Source: Pyrinomonadaceae bacterium (GTDB lineage Bacteria > Acidobacteriota > Blastocatellia > Pyrinomonadales > Pyrinomonadaceae). From it: a stretch of DNA of 64,000 nt. The stretch spans positions 1 to 64,000 of the forward strand of contig JBIOZK010000075.1 in NCBI GenBank assembly GCA_044870975.1, in the 5' to 3' direction. Below the pieces are notes generated by a model. That model did not search any database, was not told the origin of the DNA, and saw only the letters and a list, made by a program, of their open reading frames with translations. This document shows positions 17,830 to 29,090 of the stretch, piece after piece. Every line of letters begins with the position of its first letter. The stretch's first letter is position 1. Both the position numbers and the translations under genes were made by a program.

Positions 17830-19464
17830 CTACAGCTTCGCGGTCGCTAAGAACTGCGGCGCCCGTCTCGCTTTCGTTGCTTGCTCAAACGCGTAAGCGA
17901 ACTTGATCAAGGTGGGCTCGCTCCAGGCGCGGCCGAAGAATGACAGTCCCACCGGCAATCCAACAACAAAACCCGCGGGGACGGTTACGTGCGGATAGCC
18001 TGCGACCGCCGACGGCGTCGAGTAGCCACCCGTGAAGTGATCGCCATTCACCCAGTCAGTGGGCCATGGCGGACCGCCAGTCGGAGCAATCAAGGCATCG
18101 AGCTTGTGCTTGTCCATGATGAAGTCAATGCCCTCCTTGCGTGACAGCTTATGGTTCCTGGCCAGCGCGTCGCGATAAGCTTTTTCTGTCAGCGGGCCTT
18201 TCGCCTCCGCCTTCTTCATGATGTCCTGCCCGAACCAGGGCATCTCGCGATCGCGGTACTGCTCGTTGAAGTCGATGATTTCTTTGAGTGATTTCACCGG
18301 CGCGCGCGGTCCGAGCGAGCGCAGATACTCGTTCAAACCAGCCTTGAATTCGTAAAGCAGAACCTCCAGCTCGGAATCATCAAACTTACCGGCTGTCGGA
18401 ATATCCGCCGGATCGATCACCGTCGCGCCGCGTCGTTTAATGATATCGATGCAGTCGGTCATCAACTTGTCAACGGCGTCGTTGAAGCCGAAGCCTTTGC
18501 GGTGTACGCCGATGCGCGCGCCTTTCAATCCATTTGCGTCGAGTGATTTGGTGTAGTCAGCGAGTGACTTGCCCATGCTCGTCTTAGTGGCGTCGTCGCG
18601 CGAATCGTTGCCAGTCAAAGCGCCGAGGAGAATCGCCGCGTCCGTCACGGTGCGGCACATTGGGCCCGCAGTGTCCTGGCTGTGGGCGATGGGAATAATG
18701 CCGGCGCGGCTGATCAGTCCCAGCGTCGGCTTGATTCCCACCAGCGAATTCGCATTCGAAGGACAGACGACTGAGCCGTCGGTCTCAGTCCCGACGCCAA
18801 CGGTCGCGAGATTTGCGGCGATCGCAGCTCCGGTTCCTGAACTCGAGCCGCACGGATTACGATCGAGTACATAAGGGTTTCTGGTTTGCCCGCCGCGGCC
18901 GCTCCAGCCGCTCGACGAATGACTGGAACGAAAATTTGCCCACTCGCTCAGGTTGGTCTTGCCGATAATTACCGCGCCCGCGTCACGAAGTTTCTTTGCG
19001 ACGAACGAATCCTGCAGCGGAATCGACCCGCCCAAAGCCAGCGAACCAGCGGTCGTCGTCATGCGGTCGTGCGTGTCGATATTGTCTTTGATTAGCACCG
19101 GAACGCCGTGCAGCTTGCCGCGAATGCGCCCGGCTTTGCGTTCGTTGTCGAGGCCGGCAGCAATCGCCATCGCTTCGGGATTAAGCTCGATGACTGAGTT
19201 AATCGCCGGGCCTTGCTTGTCGATCGCCTCAATACGATCCAGATATTTTCGCACCAGCGTCATGGCCGCAAACCTGCCCGACGCCATCCCTTTCTGCAGA
19301 TCGTCGATGGTCAATTCATCGAGTTCAAAAGCTGCTGCTGTTTGGGTTGATGCCGCGGCAGTCGACTCGGCCAGATTCTTGACCGTTGCCAGAGCCACGC
19401 CGCTGAACAAAGTATTCCGTACAAATTTTCTGCGATTCATCCCGGCCTCTGATCGTGGGATCAA
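17830..19464 (-). CDS. amidase-signature family amidase, Tat-secreted
   Basis: Tat-like MNRRKFVRNTLFSGVALA; amidase signature GGSSSGTGAAIAANLATVGVGTETDGS. Confidence 0.85.
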   Translation of the reverse strand: MIPRSEAGMNRRKFVRNTLFSGVALATVKNLAESTAAASTQTAAAFELDELTIDDLQKGMASGRFAAMTLVRKYLDRIEAIDKQGPAINSVIELNPEAMAIAAGLDNERKAGRIRGKLHGVPVLIKDNIDTHDRMTTTAGSLALGGSIPLQDSFVAKKLRDAGAVIIGKTNLSEWANFRSSHSSSGWSGRGGQTRNPYVLDRNPCGSSSGTGAAIAANLATVGVGTETDGSVVCPSNANSLVGIKPTLGLISRAGIIPIAHSQDTAGPMCRTVTDAAILLGALTGNDSRDDATKTSMGKSLADYTKSLDANGLKGARIGVHRKGFGFNDAVDKLMTDCIDIIKRRGATVIDPADIPTAGKFDDSELEVLLYEFKAGLNEYLRSLGPRAPVKSLKEIIDFNEQYRDREMPWFGQDIMKKAEAKGPLTEKAYRDALARNHKLSRKEGIDFIMDKHKLDALIAPTGGPPWPTDWVNGDHFTGGYSTPSAVAGYPHVTVPAGFVVGLPVGLSFFGRAWSEPTLIKFAYAFEQATKARRAPQFLATAKL

Positions 19465-19553
19465 TGAACGACGCCATCTTACTAAATTGTAGATTGAGAA
19501 AAGTCAAACGCGCATGTAACGCGCTTGCATTTACGTTGCCGGAACAGGTAGCG

Positions 19554-19622
19554 GTTTAGAGGCGGGCTACCGCCCGCCAATTGTGAACTGTTGAAAAGGG
19601 CGGGGAGTAGCCCGCTTCTAAA
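19554..19622. repeat. 17-bp inverted repeat GTTTAGARGCGGGCTAC between amidase and S41 peptidase genes
   Basis: gtttagaggcgggctac ...35 nt... gtagcccgcttctaaac. Confidence 0.5.
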
Positions 19623-19635
19623 CTGTGGCTGAATA

Positions 19636-21405
19636 TCAGATAAGGACTTCGTCGGGCTCTTCGATTGCGGGAGCGGCCGGCAGACGAAATAGTGCGCGAA
19701 CCGTTTTGAAATTCAGGCTGATCGGCGTGCCGTTGCGGATGCTTTCGACGAGCCGCTTCGCGTCCGGGAGGACGTTGATGGCGCGCAGAGCTTGCGGGTC
19801 GCTTTCCAGAATGATGCGCTGGCCGGCATCCGCGCCAAAGGCCGCGGTCACGATTTCGTAGCGGAGGCGCAACTTTACGAAATCGAGATCAGAATCAATC
19901 TGCGCGATTTGAAGTCGAGGCTGTTCCTTGCGCACATAACTACGGAACGCTTCGAGCACGCGATCAGTAACTGGATAATCTGTGGCCTTAGGCGAGTGAC
20001 CGTATTCAACCTTGTCGGCACGATACGATTCGAGTCCCTGGATTTTCCCCGCCGTCAAAAGCCGATTGAAATAGAAAGCGGCTTCGATGATTCGCCCGCG
20101 AGCAGCAGTGGGTGTCAATGGTCGCGCCTCGATGTCCGGCGTCACGCCGCCGCCACCGTAAAACACGCGCCCCGCGGCGGTGCGGAATGCCGGCGAGTTC
20201 GACGTGCGAGCTGACGAGGCTTCACTGGGCGAAGGCTGGCCAGGTTGGATCGGTAACAGATTCTCGTTCTGATCGTGACGCACGTAGTAGTCGTAAAGCG
20301 ATCCACTGGAATAATCGCGCTGCAAAGATCGTCCGTAAGGCGTGTAGTAACGGGCCGTCGTCAGCGTCAGACCAGTGTTGTAGGGCAGCTGAAACACATG
20401 TTGGACGAGCCCCTTGCCAAAGCTGGTTTCGCCCACCAGGAGGCCGCGGCCGTGGTCCTGAATAGCGCCGGCAACGATCTCCGACGCCGAAGCTGAATTT
20501 CGATTGATCAAAACCACCAACGGCACATCTTCCGGTTCGCGGCCATTCGATTTGTAAACGGCCGGATCGGTGTATTCACTGCGTCCCTTGACGGAAACGA
20601 TCACTTTGTCCCGGGGCAGAAATTCGCTGGCAACATCGATCGCCTGATCCAGCAAACCGCCGGGATTGTTCCGCAGATCCAGGACCAACTGGCGCATGCC
20701 CTGTTTCTTCAAATCAGTGATGTCGTCGCGCAGTTCGTCGTCCGAAGTATGCTGGAAACCACCTACGAGTCCGATGTAACCCGTGGTTGGCGTAATCATG
20801 AAAGCGTTGCGAATTGAAGGTAGCGGAACTGCGTCGCGAATAATCTTGATGGTTAGCGGAACTTCTTCGCCGGCTCGTTCAATCTTTAATTCCACCGGTT
20901 TCAGACGATCGCCGCGCACGTTCTTGGAAACTTCGTCGCTGTTCCAGTCGAGCGCGTTTTTTCCGTCGACCGCGAGAATGCGGTCACCGTAACGCAGCCC
21001 CGCGCGATTCGCGGGCGTGCCGTCTACCACCGATTGAATGTACACACCGTCATCGTGTCGCAGGATCTGCACGCCGATGCCATAGAAGCTCGACGATTGG
21101 TCCTCTTTCAGTTTCTTAAATTCGAGCGCCGGAAAATAAACCGAGTGCGGGTCGAGCGTGAACAGCATTCCCTGAATCGCTGCCTGCGTCGCCTTCTCGT
21201 AATCGATCTCGCCGGCGTATCGCTCTTCGACCGTAGTGATTGCCTCGTGATAATCGGCTTCAATTCGCTCAGCTTCGTATTTTTCTCCGGACGCCTGATT
21301 CGCAGCTGTGGTCGCGTGCCGACGGAACGCGCGCGAGCGCACACCACCGGCAATGCTCGCGACAACGATTACCATGAAAGCGACAATGGCGAATTTTCTG
21401 GTCAT
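19636..21405 (-). CDS. S41 C-terminal processing (tail-specific) peptidase
   Basis: N-terminal TM anchor, PDZ region, LVLDLRNNPGGLL and catalytic Ser/Lys region. Confidence 0.85.
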   Translation of the reverse strand: MTRKFAIVAFMVIVVASIAGGVRSRAFRRHATTAANQASGEKYEAERIEADYHEAITTVEERYAGEIDYEKATQAAIQGMLFTLDPHSVYFPALEFKKLKEDQSSSFYGIGVQILRHDDGVYIQSVVDGTPANRAGLRYGDRILAVDGKNALDWNSDEVSKNVRGDRLKPVELKIERAGEEVPLTIKIIRDAVPLPSIRNAFMITPTTGYIGLVGGFQHTSDDELRDDITDLKKQGMRQLVLDLRNNPGGLLDQAIDVASEFLPRDKVIVSVKGRSEYTDPAVYKSNGREPEDVPLVVLINRNSASASEIVAGAIQDHGRGLLVGETSFGKGLVQHVFQLPYNTGLTLTTARYYTPYGRSLQRDYSSGSLYDYYVRHDQNENLLPIQPGQPSPSEASSARTSNSPAFRTAAGRVFYGGGGVTPDIEARPLTPTAARGRIIEAAFYFNRLLTAGKIQGLESYRADKVEYGHSPKATDYPVTDRVLEAFRSYVRKEQPRLQIAQIDSDLDFVKLRLRYEIVTAAFGADAGQRIILESDPQALRAINVLPDAKRLVESIRNGTPISLNFKTVRALFRLPAAPAIEEPDEVLI

Positions 21406-21534
21406 CTCTGAAAGGGGAGTTTGAATCTGTCAGAAAATATAACACACCGCCGTTACGCGTTGAAGACCAGCTCAGAAGCGGTTGGCTCTAAAACAGGGCT
21501 TGTGCGGGCGCTCTGATTCATTGAGAATGAGCGC

Positions 21535-22347
21535 GTGCCGCCAAAACTTTCGATCATCATCCCCGCTTACAACGAAGCTGCGCGCTTAGGCCAAACAGTA
21601 ACGCAGATTCTGAGTTACCTCAGCGAACGTCGTGACCGCACGGAATTAATTGTCGTCGACGATGGTTCGACCGACACCACCTCGGCAATCGCAGAGGATG
21701 CCATGCGGGACGCCGGACAGGTCGAGACGCGGGTGATTCGTTACGAGGAGAATCGCGGCAAAGGATATGCAGTGCGGCTGGGATTACTGGAAGCCCAAGC
21801 CAACATTGCGCTTTTTTCCGACGCAGATCTTTCAAGTCCGATCACGGAAGCGCCGAAACTGATCGATCCGATTCAGAGCGGCGAATGCGATCTGACGTTC
21901 GGATCGCGCGCGTTGGATAGACGACTGATCGGAGTGCATCAAGCATGGCGGCGCGAACAGGGCGGGCGAATATTTAATCTGATTGTGCGGCTGGCTACGG
22001 CACTGCCGTTCTGGGACACGCAATGTGGTTTCAAGGCGTTTCGCATGAGCGTCTGCCGGCCTTTGATCGAGGCCGCGCAAATCGATCGCTTCGGTTTCGA
22101 CGTTGAGCTGATTTACCTGGGATACCTGGCGCAGCTCCGGTTGCGCGAGATCCCCGTACGCTGGAACCATACGCCCGGCGGACCTTTGGACGCGTCCGCG
22201 AACTATAGCCGGGACAGCCTGCGAATGATCAATGAGGTGCGTCGTATTCGCCGCGCTGCGGCCGCGGGTGAGTACAGTGAGGCCATCAGTGCCGCCCGGA
22301 CGGCGGTCATGGTGGAAGCGAAAAACCCGATGAACAGAAAATGGTAA
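21535..22347 (+). CDS. family 2 glycosyltransferase (polyprenyl-phosphate sugar transferase-like)
   Basis: LSIIIPAYNEA, VVDDGSTD, DADL motifs. Confidence 0.85.
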   Translation: MPPKLSIIIPAYNEAARLGQTVTQILSYLSERRDRTELIVVDDGSTDTTSAIAEDAMRDAGQVETRVIRYEENRGKGYAVRLGLLEAQANIALFSDADLSSPITEAPKLIDPIQSGECDLTFGSRALDRRLIGVHQAWRREQGGRIFNLIVRLATALPFWDTQCGFKAFRMSVCRPLIEAAQIDRFGFDVELIYLGYLAQLRLREIPVRWNHTPGGPLDASANYSRDSLRMINEVRRIRRAAAAGEYSEAISAARTAVMVEAKNPMNRKW

Positions 22348-22364
22348 AGGCTGAATCGACGGAT

Positions 22365-22475
22365 CGCAGAGGCTGGAGGTTAGAGATCAGAGATTAGTCT
22401 TGAATTCCACCCACCAGCCTCAGGCCTCTGACCTGGCTTTGCCTAATCTCTGATCTCTAACCTCCAGCCTCTGCG
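22365..22475. repeat. perfect 33-bp inverted repeat with 45-bp loop between GT2 gene and pdxJ
   Basis: CGCAGAGGCTGGAGGTTAGAGATCAGAGATTAG ... CTAATCTCTGATCTCTAACCTCCAGCCTCTGCG. Confidence 0.8.
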
Positions 22476-22521
22476 ATCGGAGTTGTTCAATTCACGTTCA
22501 CGATTTACCATTCACGCTCTG

Positions 22522-23274
22522 ATGTCAGCCAGACTTAACGTCAACATCGATCACGTCGCGACTGTGCGACAGGCGCGGCGCGCGCCCGAGCCCAGCATCG
22601 TCACCGCTGCCATGATCGCCGAACAAGCCGGCGCCGACGGCATCACCGTGCACCTGCGGGGCGACCGCAGACACATTCAGGACGCCGATCTTTTTGTCTT
22701 GCGGCAGGCGGTTACCACTTATCTCAACGTCGAAATGGCGGCGACCGAAGAGATGATGAAGATCGCGATCGATGTAAAGCCTGAGGCCGTTTCATTGGTT
22801 CCTGAGAATCCGGGTGAGATCACGACCGAAGGCGGATTGAACGTGCGAGCAAATATCGCGATTGTCCGCGCGGCGGTCGGCAAGTTGCGCGAAGCGAGAA
22901 TCATGGCGAGCCTTTTCATCGATCCCGACCCCGTTCAAATCGAAGCCGCGCGCGAGGTGAATGCTCAGCAAGTTGAGCTGTGCACCGCGGCTTATGCTGA
23001 AGCGACGCTGGGCTCGGCCGGTGTGCACGGCGAGGGCGCGGCCCGCGCCCAACATGAACTGCGCCGTTTGCGCGAAGGCGCCGCGCTCGCTGCTCAATAC
23101 GGTTTGCACGTCGCCGCGGGTCACGGATTGACGGTGCGAAACGTTGGCGCAGTTGCCCGCATTTCCGAAGTTGAAGAATTCAATATCGGCCACAGCATCG
23201 TGGCGCAGGCGGTCTTTGTGGGATTAGAGAGGTCGGTGCGAGCGATGCGAGCAGCGATTGCAACGGCTAGTTAG
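22522..23274 (+). CDS. pdxJ: pyridoxine 5'-phosphate synthase
   Basis: LNVNIDHVATVRQAR, EPS, GITVHLR motifs; ORF open from 22483 but PdxJ alignment begins at MSARLNV. Confidence 0.9.
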   Translation: MSARLNVNIDHVATVRQARRAPEPSIVTAAMIAEQAGADGITVHLRGDRRHIQDADLFVLRQAVTTYLNVEMAATEEMMKIAIDVKPEAVSLVPENPGEITTEGGLNVRANIAIVRAAVGKLREARIMASLFIDPDPVQIEAAREVNAQQVELCTAAYAEATLGSAGVHGEGAARAQHELRRLREGAALAAQYGLHVAAGHGLTVRNVGAVARISEVEEFNIGHSIVAQAVFVGLERSVRAMRAAIATAS

Positions 23275-23377
23275 CACTCCGGTATCGGTCGCTATCGGTT
23301 TGTAGATATCCAGCGATATGGCCATCCAAATGTTCGGCCACTCAATAGCGCAGTTTCCACCTCAGGCGGATTAGTCG

Positions 23378-23797
23378 TCACTGTGAAGTTAGCGACCCGG
23401 CAAGTCGCAGCCGGGTCAGGTTTCGCAGCAGTTTTGCCCGGGCCCGGTCGATGTCTATTTCATCACCGCTCTGCCCGCTCAATCGCTTCTCGGCAAGTTC
23501 TTTGGCGCGACGCGCGCGTTCGATGTCGATCTCTTCCGGGCGCTCGGCGATTTGGGCGAGCACCGAAACGCGATCGTGGTTGACTTCGGTGAAGCCGCCG
23601 GACACATGCATCTGAGAATTCGTGCCGTCTTGATTGTAGGTAAGCACGCCGCTTTGCAGTTCCGAAATGAGCGCAGCGTGGCCAGGCAGAATTTGCATCT
23701 CGCCGTTGCGGGCCGGAATGGTCACCGAATTCACCGATTCCGAAAGCACACGCCGTTCAGGAGTGACTACGTCGAGTTGAAGTGGCATACGTGGCAC
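23378..23797 (-). CDS. atpC: F0F1 ATP synthase subunit epsilon
   Basis: MPLQLDVVTPERRVLSE..; immediately downstream of atpD; start may be the internal MPLQL (23788). Confidence 0.9.
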   Translation of the reverse strand: MPRMPLQLDVVTPERRVLSESVNSVTIPARNGEMQILPGHAALISELQSGVLTYNQDGTNSQMHVSGGFTEVNHDRVSVLAQIAERPEEIDIERARRAKELAEKRLSGQSGDEIDIDRARAKLLRNLTRLRLAGSLTSQ

Positions 23798-23852
23798 AGG
23801 CTTAAGCCTGTGATTATTCGATTAAGCAACACAGACTCAAGTCTGTGCCACT
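23792..23852. repeat. REP-like doublet between atpD and atpC
   Basis: cacaggcttaagcctgtg ... cacagactcaagtctgtg with outer GGCACAG/CTGTGCC. Confidence 0.7.
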
Positions 23853-23860
23853 GATCCCTA

Positions 23861-25387
<1,527 letters not shown>

Positions 25388-25577
25388 TCAACTCCTCTGA
25401 TTAAGTGCCGAACTATAAAAGGCGACAATTCGGAAGGATTTTAAGACGGAGAAGATAACACAGGGTTTCGCGGCTGACCAAAGAGCGTCACAGCCGTTGT
25501 CATGGGCGAACCCGATGGCATGAGTCCATCCGTCTGACAGCCATTCCCCGGGTTTGATGCCATAAAATCCTGAAACT

Positions 25578-25610
25578 TGACTTGTTCCATTGTCGTAGTA
25601 CAATGGGTGA
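25578..25610 (+). promoter_or_regulatory. sigma70-like promoter with overlapping palindromic operator upstream of the GntR-SPFH pair
   Basis: TTGACT-N16-TACAAT; palindrome CCATTGT-cgtagt-ACAATGG overlaps the -10. Confidence 0.5.
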
Positions 25611-25617
25611 ACGAAGA

Positions 25618-25989
25618 ATGTTCCAGGTTGACGCCAAACATCCAACGCCGATCTATCACCAGCTTGACCGGTCGATCCGATTTGCCATCGCGACTGGAAA
25701 ACTGGGCATCGGCGACAAGCTGCCAACGGTTCGACAGTTGGCGGTGGATTTGCGCATCAACGCGAATACCGTCGCCAAAGTTTACGCCGAATTGGAGCGC
25801 AGCGGCGTCGTCGAAACGCGTCGGGGCGTCGGCACTTTTGTTACGGCGCGCCCGAATGAAGCGGCTACCCGTCGGGATCGCGAGCGGCACCTGCGCGAGT
25901 TGGCCGATCACTTCATCGCCCAATCGCACGAGCGCGGATTTTCGCTGAACGACGTGATCGAGCACCTGGAGAAGAGACGCCGAAGCTAA
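25618..25989 (+). CDS. GntR-family (YtrA-like, short) transcriptional regulator
   Basis: winged HTH PIYHQLDRSIRFAIATGKLGIGDKLPTVRQLAVDLRINANTVAKVYAELE; short C-terminal helix; upstream promoter/operator present. Confidence 0.8.
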   Translation: MFQVDAKHPTPIYHQLDRSIRFAIATGKLGIGDKLPTVRQLAVDLRINANTVAKVYAELERSGVVETRRGVGTFVTARPNEAATRRDRERHLRELADHFIAQSHERGFSLNDVIEHLEKRRRS

Positions 25990-26077
25990 GCAAACTGTTA
26001 GTTTGCAATCAACGCCGATGTGGATTCGACGAGCTAACCGTTTGCGCAATCAAGCGCGCGAGAAAGAGGAAGACACA

Positions 26078-27010
26078 ATGCCTAACTTACAAAACCTAGT
26101 TCAAAATCGCAGCAATTTGCCCGTCCAGAACACACCACGGCTCAACTTTATTTCCGCGCTGGCGTTTCTTGCGCCGGTCGGCTTCGGCGTCCTCTCCACC
26201 TTAATCACGCTAAATCTCGCCGGTGTCATAGTCGGTGTTTTGTTGGGATTACTCCTGGCGCAGTCGCCCAAGATTGCGCGCCAATGGGAACGCGCCGTGG
26301 TGCTGCGGCTCGGCAAGTTTATCGGCCTGCGCGGCCCGGGTCTTTTCTGGATCATTCCGTTCGTCGACTCTGTCTCGATGTGGATTGACCAGCGCGTAAT
26401 CACGACGGCGTTTGCCGCAGAAGAGACGCTGACCAGCGACACGGTGCCGGTCAACGTTGACGCGGTGCTGTTCTGGGTGGTTTACGATCCTGAGAAGGCG
26501 GCGCTCGAAGTTCAGAACTATCCGCAGGCGGTGAGCTGGGCCGCGCAGACCGCGTTGCGCGACATCATCGGCCGCACTTCGTTAAGTGATTTGCTGCGCG
26601 GTCGCGAACGCATCGAGGATGAACTACAGAAGCTGATCGACGAGCGGTCGAATCCATGGGGCGTCACTGTCCAATCGGTTGAGATGCGTGACGTGATCAT
26701 TCCCGCAGCCTTGCAGGACGCGATGTCGCGGGAAGCGCAAGCCGCGCGTGAGAAGGCCGCGCGCGTGATTTTGGCTGAAGCTGAAGTCGAGATTGCCGCG
26801 CGGTTCGGCCTGGCCGCGGAGTCTTATCGCGACAATCCAACGGCGTTGCATCTGCGCGCCATGAACATGTTGTACGAAGGACTGAAAGAGAAGGGCGCGC
26901 TCATGCTGGTCCCGAGTAGCGCCGTTGAATCGATGGGTATGGGTGGGTTGATTGGCGCGGCGGCGTTGCGTCAGCAGAAGCTGACCGGGAGCACCGAAAC
27001 GCCTGAATAG
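26078..27010 (+). CDS. SPFH/band-7 (stomatin/slipin-like) membrane protein
   Basis: N-terminal TM, SPFH core, EAQAAREKAARVILAEAEVEIA coiled coil; SD AAGAGGAAG 7 nt before ATG 26078. Confidence 0.8.
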   Translation: MPNLQNLVQNRSNLPVQNTPRLNFISALAFLAPVGFGVLSTLITLNLAGVIVGVLLGLLLAQSPKIARQWERAVVLRLGKFIGLRGPGLFWIIPFVDSVSMWIDQRVITTAFAAEETLTSDTVPVNVDAVLFWVVYDPEKAALEVQNYPQAVSWAAQTALRDIIGRTSLSDLLRGRERIEDELQKLIDERSNPWGVTVQSVEMRDVIIPAALQDAMSREAQAAREKAARVILAEAEVEIAARFGLAAESYRDNPTALHLRAMNMLYEGLKEKGALMLVPSSAVESMGMGGLIGAAALRQQKLTGSTETPE

Positions 27011-27030
27011 ATCGCCGTAAGAAATTCAAC

Positions 27031-27075
27031 GCCCGCGAAATCGAAGAACGTTTCAATTTCGCGGGCATTTATCTG
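27031..27075. terminator. stem-loop between convergent SPFH gene and small acidic ORF
   Basis: GCCCGCGAAAT...ATTTCGCGGGC 11-bp stem, then ATTTAT. Confidence 0.5.
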
Positions 27076-27106
27076 TCGTGGAGACCGGCGCCAGTTCCCA
27101 CTTGCA

Positions 27107-27379
27107 TTACTCTTCGGGCTCGATCTTTATCTTCATCGATCGCAAAATTCGCAGATCCTCTTCCGTGAATTCCACGGTACTGCTGTGATCCTCTTCGGAA
27201 TCCTCATCTTCGTTCTGTGGCCGCAAACCGATTTCGAGCTTTAGGGTTAATTCCATCTCAAAGCCCGCCTCGCGCAAGCGCTCGATGGCGGCGGCCACGC
27301 TGGCCGACTGCTGCACCGATTCGTTGATGGCTGTGCCAACCTCCTCTGCCAGCCGTCTGGTCTCTTCATCCATTTCCAT
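27107..27379 (-). CDS. small acidic hypothetical protein
   Basis: 90 aa, Glu-rich, no family recognised. Confidence 0.35.
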   Translation of the reverse strand: MEMDEETRRLAEEVGTAINESVQQSASVAAAIERLREAGFEMELTLKLEIGLRPQNEDEDSEEDHSSTVEFTEEDLRILRSMKIKIEPEE

Positions 27380-27476
27380 AGAGCGATGCTATGCCAGTCG
27401 CGTCTTCAGTTCAAGCACTTTGGCGAGGGAAAGGTTGGACTCCAATCATGCGCTCTGCTAGCCTTCGGCTGTTAGC

Positions 27477-29087
27477 ATGACCACCAGATCCAAATCCGAA
27501 CGGCGCGAACACTTCACAACTTCATCCGGCATTGAGCTACCCATCGATTTCAATCCGGCGAATGCCGAGGAGCTCGAATACGATCGCGATTTAGGCGACC
27601 CCGGCGAGTTTCCTTACACGCGCGGCATCCGCCGCAATATGTATCGCGGCCGTCTCTGGACCATGCGGCAGTACGCGGGTTATGCGACCGCGGAAGAATC
27701 GAACGCTCGTTACAAGTATTTGCTGTCGCAAGGCACGACCGGTTTGTCTGTAGCTTTCGATCTGCCGACGCAGATCGGATTGGACTCAGACGATCCGCTG
27801 GCGGCCGGCGAAGTGGGCCGCGTCGGCGTAGCGATCGATTCGCTCGAGGACATGCTGCATCTGTTTGATGGCATCCCGCTCGGCGAGGTCTCGACATCCA
27901 TGACCATCAATGCTACGGCCGCGATTCTGCTCTGTTTGTATCTCGGCGTGGCCCGCAAACAGAACGTGGCCTTCGATAAAGTTAACGGCACGATTCAGAA
28001 CGACATTCTTAAGGAATACATCGCTCGCGGCACTTACATCTTTCCGCCGCAGCCATCGATCAGATTGATTACCGACACGTTCGCGTTCTGCGCCCTGACG
28101 GTGCCCAATTGGAATACGATTTCAATCAGTGGTTACCACATTCGTGAAGCCGGTTCGACCGCGGTGCAGGAGTTGGCGTTTACTTTGGCGGACGCGATCG
28201 CTTACGTCGAAGCCGCGGTCAAGGCCGGACTCAACGTCGATGAGTTCGCGCCGCGCATCTCTTTCTTCTTTAACGCCCACAACAATTTGCTCGAAGAGAT
28301 TGCCAAGTTTCGCGCTGCGCGCCGCCTGTGGGCGCGCATCATGCGCGAACGTTTTCACGCGCGCGATCCGCGCTCCTTGATGTTGCGTTTTCATGCGCAG
28401 ACCGCCGGATCGACCTTGACGGCTCAGCAACCCGAAGTAAATGTCGTGCGCACGACGATCCAGGCGCTGGCAGCCGTTCTCGGCGGCACGCAGTCACTGC
28501 ACACCAACGCAATGGATGAAGCTCTGGCGTTGCCCACCGAAGACGCTGCGCGTCTGGCGCTGAGAACCCAGCAGGTGATCGCGTTCGAATCAGGTGTGGC
28601 TGACACGGTCGATCCGCTGGCCGGCTCGTACGCGATTGAGGAACTCACCAGCGAAGTTGAGCGGCGCACGGTCAATTATCTCGACAAAATCGACGCGCTC
28701 GGTGGCACGCTCCACGCCATCGAGTCCGGCTACATCCAGCGTGAAATTCAAAACTCAGCGTACGAATATCAGCGGGCGGTTGAAACGAAAGATGCAGTGG
28801 TCGTCGGCGTGAATCAATTTCAGAACGAAGAAGAATCGAAGGTCAAGACGCTGCGCGTCGATCCCTCTGTTGAGCAAGATCAAATCGCACGTGTCCGCGC
28901 GCTCCGCGATCGTCGCGACGGCGAAGCGACCGAAGCTGCTTTGGCGAAGTTAGAAACAGCCGCGCGGGGAACTGAGAATGTCCTCCCGCAGATTCTGGAG
29001 TGCGTCGAAGCACTGGCGACGGTGGGCGAAATCAGCAACCGCCTGCGCCGCGTCTGGGGCGAATATCGCGAAGCCGTGACTGTCTAA
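27477..29087 (+). CDS. methylmalonyl-CoA mutase family large (catalytic) subunit, no B12-binding domain
   Basis: acyl-CoA mutase N-terminal TIM barrel signatures ([22 protein letters not shown]); ends before a B12-binding domain. Confidence 0.85.
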   Translation: MTTRSKSERREHFTTSSGIELPIDFNPANAEELEYDRDLGDPGEFPYTRGIRRNMYRGRLWTMRQYAGYATAEESNARYKYLLSQGTTGLSVAFDLPTQIGLDSDDPLAAGEVGRVGVAIDSLEDMLHLFDGIPLGEVSTSMTINATAAILLCLYLGVARKQNVAFDKVNGTIQNDILKEYIARGTYIFPPQPSIRLITDTFAFCALTVPNWNTISISGYHIREAGSTAVQELAFTLADAIAYVEAAVKAGLNVDEFAPRISFFFNAHNNLLEEIAKFRAARRLWARIMRERFHARDPRSLMLRFHAQTAGSTLTAQQPEVNVVRTTIQALAAVLGGTQSLHTNAMDEALALPTEDAARLALRTQQVIAFESGVADTVDPLAGSYAIEELTSEVERRTVNYLDKIDALGGTLHAIESGYIQREIQNSAYEYQRAVETKDAVVVGVNQFQNEEESKVKTLRVDPSVEQDQIARVRALRDRRDGEATEAALAKLETAARGTENVLPQILECVEALATVGEISNRLRRVWGEYREAVTV

Positions 29088-29090
29088 CTT

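Noticed and set aside
25441-26049. 202-aa minus-strand ORF overlapping the GntR gene and its promoter
   Set aside because: It is antisense to a well-supported regulator gene and has no motifs.
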